DNA of 64,000 nucleotides from a bacterium (GCA_030674455.1 JAUSGQ010000002.1:6207-70206), one strand, 5' to 3'. Counted from the stretch's first letter, positions 37,235 through 47,103 are shown. Notes: generated from the letters alone by a model not told the origin. Made by a program: numbers and translations.

Positions 37235-38128
37235 ATGCGCACTTCTAAATCAGTCTTGACAAGCCTTATTTTTGGCGTTGTTTTACTTGCGCCCTTGGCC
37301 GCCACAAGGGCATATGCGGCATCTCCGTCGGAGCTTCATATAAAGCCCGACGGCAAATTTTTGGCGACCAATGTCGTGGTCACACAGAAAGCCGGCACCT
37401 CGAATTTCTTTTCTCGGGTAACGTGGGGAAATAATGTGTATGTTCGCGTTACGATACTGGCGAAGAAAGACACGGCGATTACCAAAGCACATGGCGAGCC
37501 GGCGAGCGTCAATGAAATTAAGGAGAAAGACGTCCTCGATGTGGAAGGCACGCTTTCTTCCGGAGAGGGGGTTCTCATAATTAACGCCACGCGCATCCGA
37601 GACACATCGCTTCAAATCGAATCTAATACCGTTTCCGGCACTGTTGTGAGCGTTAGTCCCGAAAGCTCATTGTTTGCTCTTGCCAACACTAAGTTTGGCG
37701 GGACAACGACCGTGCTGCTCGCGACATCCACGCTCATTCAAAAAGGCGTGCGAACCATCGGCCTTGGCGAAATATCTAAAGGGGACAAAATACTCTCTGC
37801 CACGGGAAATTACGACTACTCAAAAAACATTTTCTCGGCATCGCTCATAGAGGTATATCAAGATAAGAGCATGTTCGTTCTGCGCAACTTTGAGGGGAAG
37901 CTCAAGAGTGTTTCGGCGACGACATTGCCGACGACGCTTGCTGTATCGGTGGGCGGCACGGATTACACGGTCTACCTTGCAGAGGGGGCAAGCGTCCTCA
38001 ATAACCGCAGGTGGTCAGCGAGTCTCACGCGATTTGTAGCGGGAGATACGGTGCGATTCTACGGCGGGATTCGGCAGACAAACTTCAGCGAAATTGACGC
38101 GACCGTTCTGCGCGACCTGAATTTTTAG
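37235..38128 (+). CDS. Secreted hypothetical protein with internal beta-rich repeats (DUF5666-like)
   Basis: Signal peptide plus three ~80-aa repeats (e.g. VSGTVVSVSP...TVLLATSTLIQKG). Confidence 0.4.
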   Translation: MRTSKSVLTSLIFGVVLLAPLAATRAYAASPSELHIKPDGKFLATNVVVTQKAGTSNFFSRVTWGNNVYVRVTILAKKDTAITKAHGEPASVNEIKEKDVLDVEGTLSSGEGVLIINATRIRDTSLQIESNTVSGTVVSVSPESSLFALANTKFGGTTTVLLATSTLIQKGVRTIGLGEISKGDKILSATGNYDYSKNIFSASLIEVYQDKSMFVLRNFEGKLKSVSATTLPTTLAVSVGGTDYTVYLAEGASVLNNRRWSASLTRFVAGDTVRFYGGIRQTNFSEIDATVLRDLNF

Positions 38129-38187
38129 GCTGCTTAGCGCATATTCATATTAAATTCCCTGAAACCGAACATAATTAAAAACTATTA

Positions 38188-38319
38188 TGAACACGATATT
38201 TGAATTATTCAGCACACTGGTTTCGTTTCTCTATCAGTTCCTTGTGACCATACTCGGATTCTTTGTCAGTATTTTTTCACTCTTGCTGGCATTCGTCCAG
38301 AGAATTTTCAGCTTCCTTT
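38188..38319 (+). CDS. Possible 43-aa hydrophobic membrane peptide
   Basis: MNTIFELFSTLVSFLYQFLVTILGFFVSIFSLLLAFVQRIFSFL. It is below the ORF-track cutoff and has no SD. Confidence 0.25.
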
Positions 38320-38324
38320 AGAAC

Positions 38325-38834
38325 ATGAAAGCCATTCTCAAGACAAACAAAGGCGACATTACCCTCGAATTCATGGAAAACGACGCGCCGAACACGGTCG
38401 CAAATTTTGTGAAATTAGCAAAAGAGGGATTTTACGATGGCACGAAATTCCATCGTGTCATCAAAGATTTTATGATACAGGGTGGCGACCCGCTTTCAAA
38501 AGATGACTCGCAAATTTCGCACTGGGGAACCGGAGGTCCGTCAACAGGTGCCGATGCCAAACTCATCGGCCCGGGTTACTCCTTTGCAGACGAGATACAT
38601 GCAAATAACCGCAATGAAATAGGAACGATTTCCATGGCAAATGCGGGGCCGAATACGAATGGTAGCCAATTCTTCATCAATGCCGCAAATAACAATTTTC
38701 TCGACACAAAACACACTGTCTTCGGTAAAGTGTCGGAAGGCATGGATGTTGTGGCAGAGGTAGAGAACACCCCCGTAGATTCAAGGGACATTCCCGTCTC
38801 ACCCGCAGTTATCCAGAGGATTGAGATACAGTAA
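38325..38834 (+). CDS. ppiB: Cyclophilin-type peptidyl-prolyl cis-trans isomerase
   Basis: FHRVIKDFMIQGGDP...GTISMANAGPNTNGSQFFI. Confidence 0.9.
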   Translation: MKAILKTNKGDITLEFMENDAPNTVANFVKLAKEGFYDGTKFHRVIKDFMIQGGDPLSKDDSQISHWGTGGPSTGADAKLIGPGYSFADEIHANNRNEIGTISMANAGPNTNGSQFFINAANNNFLDTKHTVFGKVSEGMDVVAEVENTPVDSRDIPVSPAVIQRIEIQ

Positions 38835-38880
38835 CGATTTCGCTCCCCTTGGCTGATACAATAGAGGCATTAATAGCCTA

Positions 38881-39264
38881 GTGTCTTTTGCTATGGATGA
38901 AGCCTTGCTCGCATCAAAATTATTAGGAACCTATCTGGTAGTCAGCGGATTATTTCTCGTTCTGCGCGGGAAAACGTTTCCGAACATACTTAAGGATTTC
39001 TTTGACCATCCCGCTATCGTGTATTTGACGGGCGTTCTATTGATAGTCCTTTCATCGCTCTATCTCATCGAGAATAATGTCTGGGATGGAACATGGCGCA
39101 CGGTCATTACAATTGTCGCATGGGCGGTCTTCATCAAGGGAATAGCATATATCTTTGCACCAAAGGCACTCCACAAAATGGTAAGCAAGAAGCTTCTAAA
39201 AACGGTCAATCTCTACGGCCTTGTCGCCATCATCATCGGCATGTCCCTGTTTTACATCGCCTGA
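38881..39264 (+). CDS. Hypothetical small membrane protein (4 TM)
   Basis: Hydrophobic ORF. Confidence 0.4.
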   Translation: MSFAMDEALLASKLLGTYLVVSGLFLVLRGKTFPNILKDFFDHPAIVYLTGVLLIVLSSLYLIENNVWDGTWRTVITIVAWAVFIKGIAYIFAPKALHKMVSKKLLKTVNLYGLVAIIIGMSLFYIA

Positions 39265-39287
39265 TGCGTGGGCGGTTTATCAAATCC

Positions 39288-39890
39288 ATGATTAAGCGCT
39301 ATTTTCCGCACATACTGTTGGGAATTTACATCGTCGAATTTATCATTGCGGGGATAGAACCATTTTCTCGGGATGTTTGGTATGCAGAAAATGGGCCGAT
39401 CGTATTGCTCGTTGCTGTTCTTGTATATCTCTATTCCAGAAATATCCGGTTTTCAAATACCGCGTACGCGCTCATGTTCATCCTGCCGTTCTGGCATACC
39501 ATAGGCGGCCATTACACATTTGAACGAGTGCCTTTTGACTGGTTCAACGATTTCTTCGGCTTTGAAAGAAATATGTACGACCGCATCGGCCATTTCGCGG
39601 TCGGCTTTTATGCTCTTCCTATTATTGAATATCTGACGGAGAGAGGGCTTGTCGCAAAAAAATGGATAGCGGTGACGTATGCCATTTTCGCGATGGCATT
39701 TGTGGCCGTTTTCTATGAGTGGATCGAGTGGTGGTTTGCGGCGATATGGGGAGGCGACGCCGGTGCCGCATTCTTGGGTTCCCAGGGAGACATCTGGGAC
39801 GCTCAAAAAGATATGCTTATGGACGTGCTTGGTGCCGGTTTGGCGGCCATTATCTACGCAGCAGGGAATTGGAAACAGAGATTGAGATAG
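39288..39890 (+). CDS. DUF2238 (YjdF-like) inner-membrane protein
   Basis: WHTIGGHYTFERVPF motif plus multiple TM helices. An alternative start is 39264. Confidence 0.55.
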   Translation: MIKRYFPHILLGIYIVEFIIAGIEPFSRDVWYAENGPIVLLVAVLVYLYSRNIRFSNTAYALMFILPFWHTIGGHYTFERVPFDWFNDFFGFERNMYDRIGHFAVGFYALPIIEYLTERGLVAKKWIAVTYAIFAMAFVAVFYEWIEWWFAAIWGGDAGAAFLGSQGDIWDAQKDMLMDVLGAGLAAIIYAAGNWKQRLR

Positions 39891-39909
39891 TTGCGGACTG
39901 CGCTACTAT

Positions 39910-40218
39910 ATGAGCATGCCGACGATAAAAAGAATGCACTTGACGATGAAGGTATATTTGCTGGTCGCAACAGTCGTTCTTGCCGTTGCGGTCATTCTTC
40001 TTATGCTGTCGCCGCTTATTTTCCCGCCCTTAGTAGAGATTGCCGTGGCCCTTGATGCGACGGCGATGTTAAGCACGAGGAGCTTCGCGGTAACGATTGC
40101 GCTGGTTCTTCTCATTGGTTTTCTGCCGGTGTTGATCGTAGGTTCTACTCTGTATGCCTACATTGACGGACTGCTCGCCAGAAAAAACGGCATCGGAAGC
40201 TCCGTTCACGCACGGTAA
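39910..40218 (+). CDS. Hypothetical small membrane protein
   Basis: Three hydrophobic helices. Confidence 0.35.
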   Translation: MSMPTIKRMHLTMKVYLLVATVVLAVAVILLMLSPLIFPPLVEIAVALDATAMLSTRSFAVTIALVLLIGFLPVLIVGSTLYAYIDGLLARKNGIGSSVHAR

Positions 40219-40398
40219 TTGTGGGTGTTGCCTTCCTCCTTTAACGCGATTCTTCGCGTCTTCATGATGGTCTACATCGAAATCACATCATTGAAGGACT
40301 ACTATTGGAGCATTGGTCGGTAAATGGAATGGGACCGAGAGCCGTTCCAATTAGCTGGAGTAAGGTTTACCTTATCAGCATTAATCACAAACAAAAAT

Positions 40399-40575
40399 AT
40401 GTGGCAAAATTGGACAAATGCAGTACTCGGACTTCTCGTAATCTTAGTTGCATTCATGGGACTCCAAGGTTCTTCGCTCACGTGGACGCTCGGAATTCTT
40501 GGTGCCGCTATCGCCTTAATGGGGTTCATAGGGGCTAGTGCGACAAATAGAAGTGCGACACACAAAACAGCATGA
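40399..40575 (+). CDS. Small two-TM membrane protein (SPW-repeat-like)
   Basis: MWQNWTNAVLGLLVILVAF...TWTLGILGAAIALMGF. Start uncertain (40324 is an alternative). Confidence 0.35.
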   Translation: MWQNWTNAVLGLLVILVAFMGLQGSSLTWTLGILGAAIALMGFIGASATNRSATHKTA

Positions 40576-40743
40576 GAGGAAACCGGATGAGCCATGTTCC
40601 CGCCTGCTCCCGACCAGCGGGAGGGCGGGCAGGCCCGCGTGCGCCGAGCCTCGTCAGTATCTCGGTATGATGGGGCTTCGGCTGGCGGTCGCGGCAGGAT
40701 TGATGGCGCAATACTCATTAAAAAACATTAATAATTAATTACT

Positions 40744-41175
40744 ATGGCAATAATAAAATGGGAACCACTAAGCGAATTGGATCGGATCTTCGAAGACAGA
40801 TATTTTCCCGCCATCTCGTTTCCTTCCATCTCATCTAAATTCGGATGGGACATCTCGGTGGACATGTATGAGGAAAAGGGGAATCTAATAGCAAAAATGA
40901 CGCTTCCTGGTATTAATCCGGACGATATTGAGATATCGGTCGAGGAAGACAGACTGCGCATTTCGGGAAAACGTGAAGAGGGAAAAGAGACAAAAGACAA
41001 GAATTACTACAGCAAGAAGATGCGGCGCGGTTCATTCTCGCGCGTACTCTCTCTTCCTAAATCCGTCGACGCGTCAAAAACCTCTGCGGAATACAAGGAT
41101 GGGATTCTTCAAGTTACCCTGCCGACAACCGGTGAAACAAAAAGTAAGGCAGTGAAAGTGCGGGTAGCACGATAA
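40744..41175 (+). CDS. Hsp20/alpha-crystallin family small heat-shock protein
   Basis: Alpha-crystallin domain: VDMYEEKGNLIAKMTLPGINPDDIEISVEEDRLRISGKRE...GSFSRVLSLP...KDGILQVTLP. Confidence 0.85.
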   Translation: MAIIKWEPLSELDRIFEDRYFPAISFPSISSKFGWDISVDMYEEKGNLIAKMTLPGINPDDIEISVEEDRLRISGKREEGKETKDKNYYSKKMRRGSFSRVLSLPKSVDASKTSAEYKDGILQVTLPTTGETKSKAVKVRVAR

Positions 41176-41419
41176 TCTGACATTGTTATGCGCGCTTTCC
41201 AGGCAAAGAGAATGAAAGACGAGATCAGGCGCTTGATGCGGCTGACGCGTCCGCCGCGCATGGAAGGAGTCGTGAAAGAGGCGATGATGCAGCCGGTTCG
41301 GAAGCCGAAAATGTCGCGGGAGGAACCGCAGCGGCCGCGCAAGACGCAGGTAAGCACAGAGCAGCGCAAGGAATACCATTTGGCCGACCGGAGGCAAAAA
41401 TAATCTCGTACGCTCGCAT

Positions 41420-42058
41420 ATGTTTAAAGACAGGCAGGACGCGGGGCGCCAGCTCGCGGATAGGCTCTCGAAATACCGCCACAGCGATTCTGTGGTACTC
41501 GCACTCCCGCGCGGAGGTGTTGTGACAGGTAATGAAGTGGCCATAGCGCTCGGCTTGCCGCTTGATATTGTAGTAATCCGGAAAATCGGCCATCCATATT
41601 CCCCGGAATACGCGATAGGAGCGGTAGATGATAAAGGAACCACTATTTTTAATGATGCTGCCGCGGCCGCAGTGGATAAAGAGTGGCTTCGGAACGAGAC
41701 GAACAGGCAAAAAGAAGAGGCAGTGCGGCGCAGGGATATTTATCGCAGCGGAGACGAACCGATAGAGATAGCCGGCAAAACTGCGCTCATCGTTGACGAT
41801 GGTACAGCGACAGGGCTCACGATGCGTCTGGCGGTGCGAGCGGTGAAAGCGCGCAAGCCCGCGCGAATCGTAGTCGCACTTCCCGTGGCGCCGGCGGCGG
41901 CAATTGAACTTTTATTAAAAGAAGCAGATGAAGTCGTTGTGCTGGAACCACCGGATAAATTCCTGGGGGCTGTTGGTTCGCACTATCTTAGTTTCGAGCA
42001 GGTTGAAGATGAGGAGGTAATTCGATTACTCGGAGGCGGCAATGTAGAGGGGAATTAA
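41420..42058 (+). CDS. Phosphoribosyltransferase-domain protein
   Basis: PRPP-binding motif TALIVDDGTATGLT. 212 aa. Confidence 0.7.
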   Translation: MFKDRQDAGRQLADRLSKYRHSDSVVLALPRGGVVTGNEVAIALGLPLDIVVIRKIGHPYSPEYAIGAVDDKGTTIFNDAAAAAVDKEWLRNETNRQKEEAVRRRDIYRSGDEPIEIAGKTALIVDDGTATGLTMRLAVRAVKARKPARIVVALPVAPAAAIELLLKEADEVVVLEPPDKFLGAVGSHYLSFEQVEDEEVIRLLGGGNVEGN

Positions 42059-42060
42059 AT

Positions 42061-42094
42061 GTTCAGCTGGCGGCGATTCAGCTGGCGGCGATTT
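42061..42094 (+). repeat. Tandem direct repeat (TTCAGCTGGCGGCGAT)x2
   Basis: GTTCAGCTGGCGGCGATTCAGCTGGCGGCGATT, immediately after the PRTase stop. Confidence 0.7.
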
Positions 42095-42233
42095 GACAGG
42101 ATAAGCGAGATATGTTATTATCGTTTTTACTCTTTAACTTTCTCGACCATTCCGGTTGAGCCGTCCGCGCGGACCCGCGGAAACCCGAAACCAATGTCAT
42201 TAGGGCAAAGGTTTCAAATGGCAAGGAGGCCAT

Positions 42234-43007
42234 ATGCGTATCGTAATTACCCAAATCGAAGCGCCGGCAGTTGCCGAAGCTGTATCGAAAGCGGATGCGA
42301 CTTCGTTCCGTCTTGACGGTAGCCACGACGACAACATCTGTGTCGTGGCAGTGAATGGAGCTCAACGTTCTATTCGCAACTTTGAGTTTCGGCACTGGAA
42401 GGTTGGCAGGAGCAGTGAACGGAAGGGAGAAGATCCCGGACCGCTTCCCGTGATTGAAGAAATCGCCACTGCGGCGATTCTTGAAACACGGGGCCATAAC
42501 GGCTCGAATCAACGGGACCGTTCGCACCTGCGTCTTTTCGTGCGTCGTTCGGACGCCATCTTCCTCGTCCTCGACATAATGGAAGTTGGCCCCGAGGCAG
42601 GGAACGTGCCGTTCAAAGCGTTGTCCCTGAAAGATGCGATTTTGCAAGCGAGGCGCAAGATAAGCGTCAAGATTGAGGACAATCTCCATGACGATATCTG
42701 GTGGGGGAACGGCGGGAAATCTTGTTCGGGGATTCGGAGTTGGAACCTGGGCAGGCACATAGGTGCCGACGAGTGGAAATTTAACCCAGAAAATCACTCG
42801 CTCTGGTTCCAAAGGGCAGCAGAAGAGACGGGTAACGTTCTGAGGGAAATTCGCTCACTCGCCGGACGTTTTGGCGAAGTAAGCAGTTTCCGTCACACCG
42901 CCGCTGTTTGGAAACTGTTATGGCCGGAAACTCCCCTCGGCGATCTGATGAAAAATCTCAGCCTTCAAATGGGAACTCAGGTCGAAACTGAACTGGTCAT
43001 AAAGTAG
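42234..43007 (+). CDS. Hypothetical protein (257 aa)
   Basis: Perfect SD AAGGAGG 4 nt upstream of the ATG. The overlapping minus-strand ORF 42078..42812 starts with TTG and has no SD, so the plus strand is preferred. No family recognised. Confidence 0.4.
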   Translation: MRIVITQIEAPAVAEAVSKADATSFRLDGSHDDNICVVAVNGAQRSIRNFEFRHWKVGRSSERKGEDPGPLPVIEEIATAAILETRGHNGSNQRDRSHLRLFVRRSDAIFLVLDIMEVGPEAGNVPFKALSLKDAILQARRKISVKIEDNLHDDIWWGNGGKSCSGIRSWNLGRHIGADEWKFNPENHSLWFQRAAEETGNVLREIRSLAGRFGEVSSFRHTAAVWKLLWPETPLGDLMKNLSLQMGTQVETELVIK

Positions 43008-43110
43008 CAAAGTAGCATTGCCGAATATCGGCACGGCCCCAATATCCGCAAGGTGAGGGGCTTTGTTTTTAATAGCTGACGTTACTGAAAGGTCTGACCT
43101 TCACAGAAAA

Positions 43111-43332
43111 TCAAACTCTTGCAGTAAGCGAGAAGGGTAGCCCCGCAGGAATCTTTGCGCTTTGCGCGCGCCGTGAAGCATTGATGATAGTAAATCCTCG
43201 AACAGTCTTTGTTCGTGGATTTACGCGGAGCAGAACATCACCTTTTGCTTCGATGGTCTCATCGGCTACGCTCGGCGCACCATTTGAGAAGTAAAATACG
43301 TCGGCCTCTTTGTCGTAGAAGTACTTAATCAT
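43111..43332 (-). CDS. DUF2283 family protein (putative antitoxin)
   Basis: MIKYFYDKEADVFYFS...GDVLLRVNPRTKTVRGFTI matches the YxYDxExDxLYI signature of DUF2283. Confidence 0.6.
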   Translation of the reverse strand: MIKYFYDKEADVFYFSNGAPSVADETIEAKGDVLLRVNPRTKTVRGFTIINASRRAQSAKIPAGLPFSLTARV

Positions 43333-43335
43333 AGT

Positions 43336-43617
43336 CTATAGAATACTGCGTTTCGGCTTTTTCGCAAGGTAGGCGGTAAGGATGAACGGGTATCTCGTAA
43401 CCTTAACGACGATGGCGAGATACTTTTTTCGGCGTGCAAGCAAGCGATAACAAATAATGACAGTCGAATCATGCAGGGAAGCAACAGCAATGTCTGGATG
43501 TTCCAATGTTTCGGCGAAGCGAGAGAGGCAATGCGCGACGTCGGGATGAAAGGTGAGTATATGCGCTTTGCGCTCATCAGTCAGCGTGACAATTCCATAT
43601 GGAGAGTTAAATCTCAC
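43336..43617 (-). CDS. Small protein upstream of and co-directional with the DUF2283 gene; putative DUF4258-type toxin
   Basis: 93 aa, 4 bp from the DUF2283 gene. This is the classic DUF4258-DUF2283 arrangement. Confidence 0.45.
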   Translation of the reverse strand: MRFNSPYGIVTLTDERKAHILTFHPDVAHCLSRFAETLEHPDIAVASLHDSTVIICYRLLARRKKYLAIVVKVTRYPFILTAYLAKKPKRSIL

Positions 43618-43792
43618 TGCTCCATTGTATCAAACTTGTTATCTACTGACTGGATTTGGGACGATTGACAGCCGATTTGAGACATGCTATACTTAAGCAA
43701 TCAAATCAGCGCTGATCCAGAGAAGTGAGGATCGAGCTTCCACTCCAGCTTACTGCCTTTGATATATTAGCCAAACATTTTTTCTCATTGCT

Positions 43793-43996
43793 ATGCAAAC
43801 AGGAACAATTGCCCGTCTTACCGACAAGGGATTCGGGTTCATCAAGCGAGAGGGACAGGAGAGAGATCTCTTCTTCCACTCCAACGAGCTCGTCGGCGTT
43901 ACGTTCGACGAACTTCGCGAAGGTGATACGTTGACATTTGAAGTCGCGGACAGCCCGAAGGGCCCCAACGCGGTCAAGGTCAGCAAGGTCGTTTAA
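43793..43996 (+). CDS. csp: Cold-shock protein (CspA family)
   Basis: GTIARLTDKGFGFIKREGQERDLFFH. RNP1/RNP2 motifs. Confidence 0.9.
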   Translation: MQTGTIARLTDKGFGFIKREGQERDLFFHSNELVGVTFDELREGDTLTFEVADSPKGPNAVKVSKVV

Positions 43997-44021
43997 GATT
44001 TACAATCTTGCACAAAACGCC

Positions 44022-44052
44022 GCGTCTGACGCGGCGTTTTGTGTTTTTGGGT
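44022..44052 (+). terminator. Rho-independent terminator after csp
   Basis: AAAACGCCGCGTC-tga-CGCGGCGTTTTGTGTTTTT. Confidence 0.8.
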
Positions 44053-44099
44053 TAATTTGAGGTGTGTGTCAATAAGGGTATACTTAATCAACAAATTCT

Positions 44100-44909
44100 A
44101 TGAAAATATTTATCATTGGTTTTGGACATATGGGGCAGGCAATCGCGCAATCTTTGCGCGCTCTGCCTGTGCGTGGCACGCAGACAGGTTCCAAATCACA
44201 CTATGATATTTCCGCCACGAGCCGCGATGCCCGCCTGAAAGCAGCTTCTTCGGCGCTTGCCGTCACGCCCGATTTGGAATGTACAGGTCTTAAGGATGCC
44301 GACGTGGTCATTCTTGCGGTCAAGCCCCAAGATTTAGCAGAAGCGGCAAAACAATACAAGAGCAATGTTTCCGCAAACGCGATTTTGGTTTCAATCGCGG
44401 CGGGCATCACGCTCGCGAAGATAGAGAAACTTTTCGACCACAAAAAAATAGTGCGGGTCATGCCCAATATCGGACTCTCGGTGGGCGAGGGCATTTCTGC
44501 GTGGAAAAGTTCCGGGCTTTCATCCGACGATGAAAAAAATGTACGACAACTGCTGAACGACATTTCCGAGAATTTTGAAGCGAACGATGAGCAAGAGATT
44601 GATGCGGTAACGGCAATTTCCGGAAGCGGTCCGGCATATTTCTTTGTTTTTGCTGCAGCTCTTCTAAAATCGGCTAAAGCTCTTGGACTCGCAGACAAGG
44701 AGGCTCGCGCATTGGTGGGAAAAACATTTTCCGCTGCCGCAGCTCTGCAGAAAGGCGCAGATTACGAAGATTTGATTAAGAGGGTCGCTTCCAAGGGCGG
44801 GACGACGGAAGCCGCATTGCGTGTTTTTGAAAAGAATAATCTTTCCGGCATCGTCGAAGAGGCGACTAAGGCGGCGTATGACCGCTCAAAAGAATTGAAT
44901 GAAAAGTAA
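44100..44909 (+). CDS. proC: Pyrroline-5-carboxylate reductase
   Basis: IFIIGFGHMGQAI...VKPQD...MPNIGLSVGEG...GSGPAYFF...GGTTEAAL. The N-terminal Rossmann region carries an in-frame family-1 26-mer (LPVRGTQTGS). Confidence 0.85.
   Translation: MKIFIIGFGHMGQAIAQSLRALPVRGTQTGSKSHYDISATSRDARLKAASSALAVTPDLECTGLKDADVVILAVKPQDLAEAAKQYKSNVSANAILVSIAAGITLAKIEKLFDHKKIVRVMPNIGLSVGEGISAWKSSGLSSDDEKNVRQLLNDISENFEANDEQEIDAVTAISGSGPAYFFVFAAALLKSAKALGLADKEARALVGKTFSAAAALQKGADYEDLIKRVASKGGTTEAALRVFEKNNLSGIVEEATKAAYDRSKELNEK
44163..44188. repeat. Family-1 26-mer CTGCCTGTGCGTGGCACGCAGACAGG inside proC, in frame
   Basis: Identical to 22607..22632 (intergenic). Confidence 0.85.
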
Positions 44910-46176
44910 CATCACACAATTAAAAAAGACAAAAGCGACGAGCGCGCAGCTCGGTCTTTTGAACCATGCGGCGCGGAATGCGATCCTTCTCGATATTGCA
45001 AGGGCACTCCAGGGCGCTCGCGGGGAGATACTTGCGGCAAATAAGCGCGACCTAAAAGCATTCAAGGGGTCAGATGCAATGCGCGGGCGCTTGGTATTGG
45101 CGGAAGAAAAGCTGGAAAAATACGTGCGCGGCATAGAAGAAGTGACAAAGCTTCCGGATGCCCTCGGTAGGATATTGGACGAACGGACGCGCCCCAATGG
45201 ACTGCGCATACAGAAAGTGAGCGTACCGCTCGGGGTCATCGGAATCATATACGAATCGAGGCCGGAGGTTACCATTGACCTGGCGTCGCTCGCTCTCAAA
45301 ACCGGAAATGCCATCGTACTCAAAGGAGGTAAGGAAAGTTACCTTACGAATCGCGCGATTGTCTCTTGCATACACGCTGTTTTGAAAGCGCATCGAGTTT
45401 CCTCGGATGCAGTATTTCTTGTTGACCCGAAAAGCGATTGGAAAAAAGAGCTGTTGAACGCCCATGGCCTTATAGACCTGCTTGTGCCGCGCGGAGGAGC
45501 GGGTCTGATACATTTCGTTCGCGAGAATTCGCGCATACCCATTATTGAAACAGGCGCGGGAGTGTGCCACATACTCGTTGATGAATCGTACAACGTAGAA
45601 AAAGCGGTTCCGATAATCGTTAACGCGAAAGTCCAATCTCCTGGCGTATGCAATGCGCTCGACACGCTCGTCGTGCATGAAAAAATTGCTTCCCAATTAT
45701 TGCCTCGTGTTGCGGCAGAACTTGCACAGTATGGAGCCGAGATTTTTGCCGACCCGCAAGCGTTCAAGATTTTATCCGCCGAAGGCGGATCCGCCTACGG
45801 CGGAAAAGCAAGAACCGGATTCTTGAGAAAAGCGCGTCCGGAAGATTTCGGACACGAATTCTTGTCGCTAAAAATGGCTGTTAAAACAGTTAAGAGTTTC
45901 GCGGAAGGACTCGCTTTTGTGCAGAAACATTCCTCTGCTCACACGGAAGCGATACTAACCGAGGATGAAAAGCATGCGCGCAAATTTTTGAGCGATATCG
46001 ATGCCGCCGTTGTCATTCATAATGCGTCTACCAGATTTACCGACGGCGGAGAATTTGGCATGGGAGCGGAAGTAGGCATCAGCACCCAAAAACTCCACGC
46101 ACGCGGGCCTATGGGCATAGACACGCTTACGAGTTATAAATGGATTCTGCGCGGCGACGGGCAGATAAGACAATAA
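44899..46176 (+). CDS. proA: Gamma-glutamyl phosphate reductase (glutamate-5-semialdehyde dehydrogenase)
   Basis: Aldehyde dehydrogenase fold. The C-terminal TSYKWILRGDGQIRQ matches the ProA C-terminus. Confidence 0.9.
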   Translation: MKSNITQLKKTKATSAQLGLLNHAARNAILLDIARALQGARGEILAANKRDLKAFKGSDAMRGRLVLAEEKLEKYVRGIEEVTKLPDALGRILDERTRPNGLRIQKVSVPLGVIGIIYESRPEVTIDLASLALKTGNAIVLKGGKESYLTNRAIVSCIHAVLKAHRVSSDAVFLVDPKSDWKKELLNAHGLIDLLVPRGGAGLIHFVRENSRIPIIETGAGVCHILVDESYNVEKAVPIIVNAKVQSPGVCNALDTLVVHEKIASQLLPRVAAELAQYGAEIFADPQAFKILSAEGGSAYGGKARTGFLRKARPEDFGHEFLSLKMAVKTVKSFAEGLAFVQKHSSAHTEAILTEDEKHARKFLSDIDAAVVIHNASTRFTDGGEFGMGAEVGISTQKLHARGPMGIDTLTSYKWILRGDGQIRQ

Positions 46177-46314
46177 TACAAAAATTAAAAGTCAGAAATC
46201 AAAATGTAATGTAAAATGAAAAAAGAATCAATTCAATCAGAATTCCGCGTATCCAATTTTGAATTTTGATTTGTCATTTTGCATTTTGGTTTTTACATTT
46301 TGAATTAACTTCGT
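46177..46314. repeat. AT-rich imperfect inverted repeat (AAAATGTAATGTAAAATG ... CATTTTGCATTTTGGTTTTTACATTTTG) between proA and proB
   Basis: ~35-nt arms flank a ~50-nt core. It could be a regulatory element or a relic. Confidence 0.5.
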
Positions 46315-47091
46315 ATGTATAGAAAAATAGTCATAAAAATAGGGACGGGCGTGATTTCCAGAAAAGACGGGAAGCTTGATTCACGCGTGCTTAAACTTTT
46401 AGTTGACCAGTGTGCGCAGCTGCGAAAGAGCGGCATTCAAACGGTCATCGTGACGTCTGGCGCCGTGGGAACCGGCAGAGGGCTCATCACCATAGAAGAC
46501 GGCGCGACGAGCGTTATCAAAAAACAGGTCTATGCCGCCGTGGGGCAGGTGAAGCTCATGAGCATGTACGCGAAGTACTTCGCAAAGCACGGGATTTTCT
46601 GTGCGCAGATTTTGGCGACCAAAGAGGATTTTCGCGACAAGGAACACTATCAGAACATGAAGAATTGTATGGAAAATCTCATGCGCGACAACGTCGTGCC
46701 TATCGTCAACGAAAACGACGCGGTCGCCGTTGCAGAGCTCATGTTTACCGACAACGACGAACTGGCCGGCTTAATTGCGACCCAACTTAATGTAGATGCC
46801 GTCATAATTCTCACGAGCGTGGATGGCGTTATCGCGGGCAAACCAACAGACAGGAACGCGCGCGTTATTTCGGAGATTCCGTTCGCTGATATTTCTTCTT
46901 TTGAGAAATATGTCATGCCGGACAAATCAGAATTCAGCAGAGGCGGGATGCTGACGAAATTTAAAGTTGCCAAAGAGTTGGCGGAGAAGGGAATTACAAC
47001 TCACATAGCAAATGGTCTCACTTCTGGCATCCTTTCGGATATTCTCGCCGGAAAATCAGTCGGTACCAAATTCCTTCCGAAGGACAAATAA
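46315..47091 (+). CDS. proB: Glutamate 5-kinase (no PUA domain)
   Basis: IVIKIGTGVI...VIVTSGAVGTG...NENDAV...TDNDELA motifs. 258 aa. Confidence 0.9.
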   Translation: MYRKIVIKIGTGVISRKDGKLDSRVLKLLVDQCAQLRKSGIQTVIVTSGAVGTGRGLITIEDGATSVIKKQVYAAVGQVKLMSMYAKYFAKHGIFCAQILATKEDFRDKEHYQNMKNCMENLMRDNVVPIVNENDAVAVAELMFTDNDELAGLIATQLNVDAVIILTSVDGVIAGKPTDRNARVISEIPFADISSFEKYVMPDKSEFSRGGMLTKFKVAKELAEKGITTHIANGLTSGILSDILAGKSVGTKFLPKDK

Positions 47092-47103
47092 CGAAGTTAG
47101 CAA

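Noticed and set aside
41188-41403. 71-aa extremely basic ORF after hsp20
   Set aside because: Arg/Lys-rich low-complexity composition, and it overlaps long antisense frames. It is likely a chance ORF, though a small nucleic-acid-binding protein cannot be excluded.
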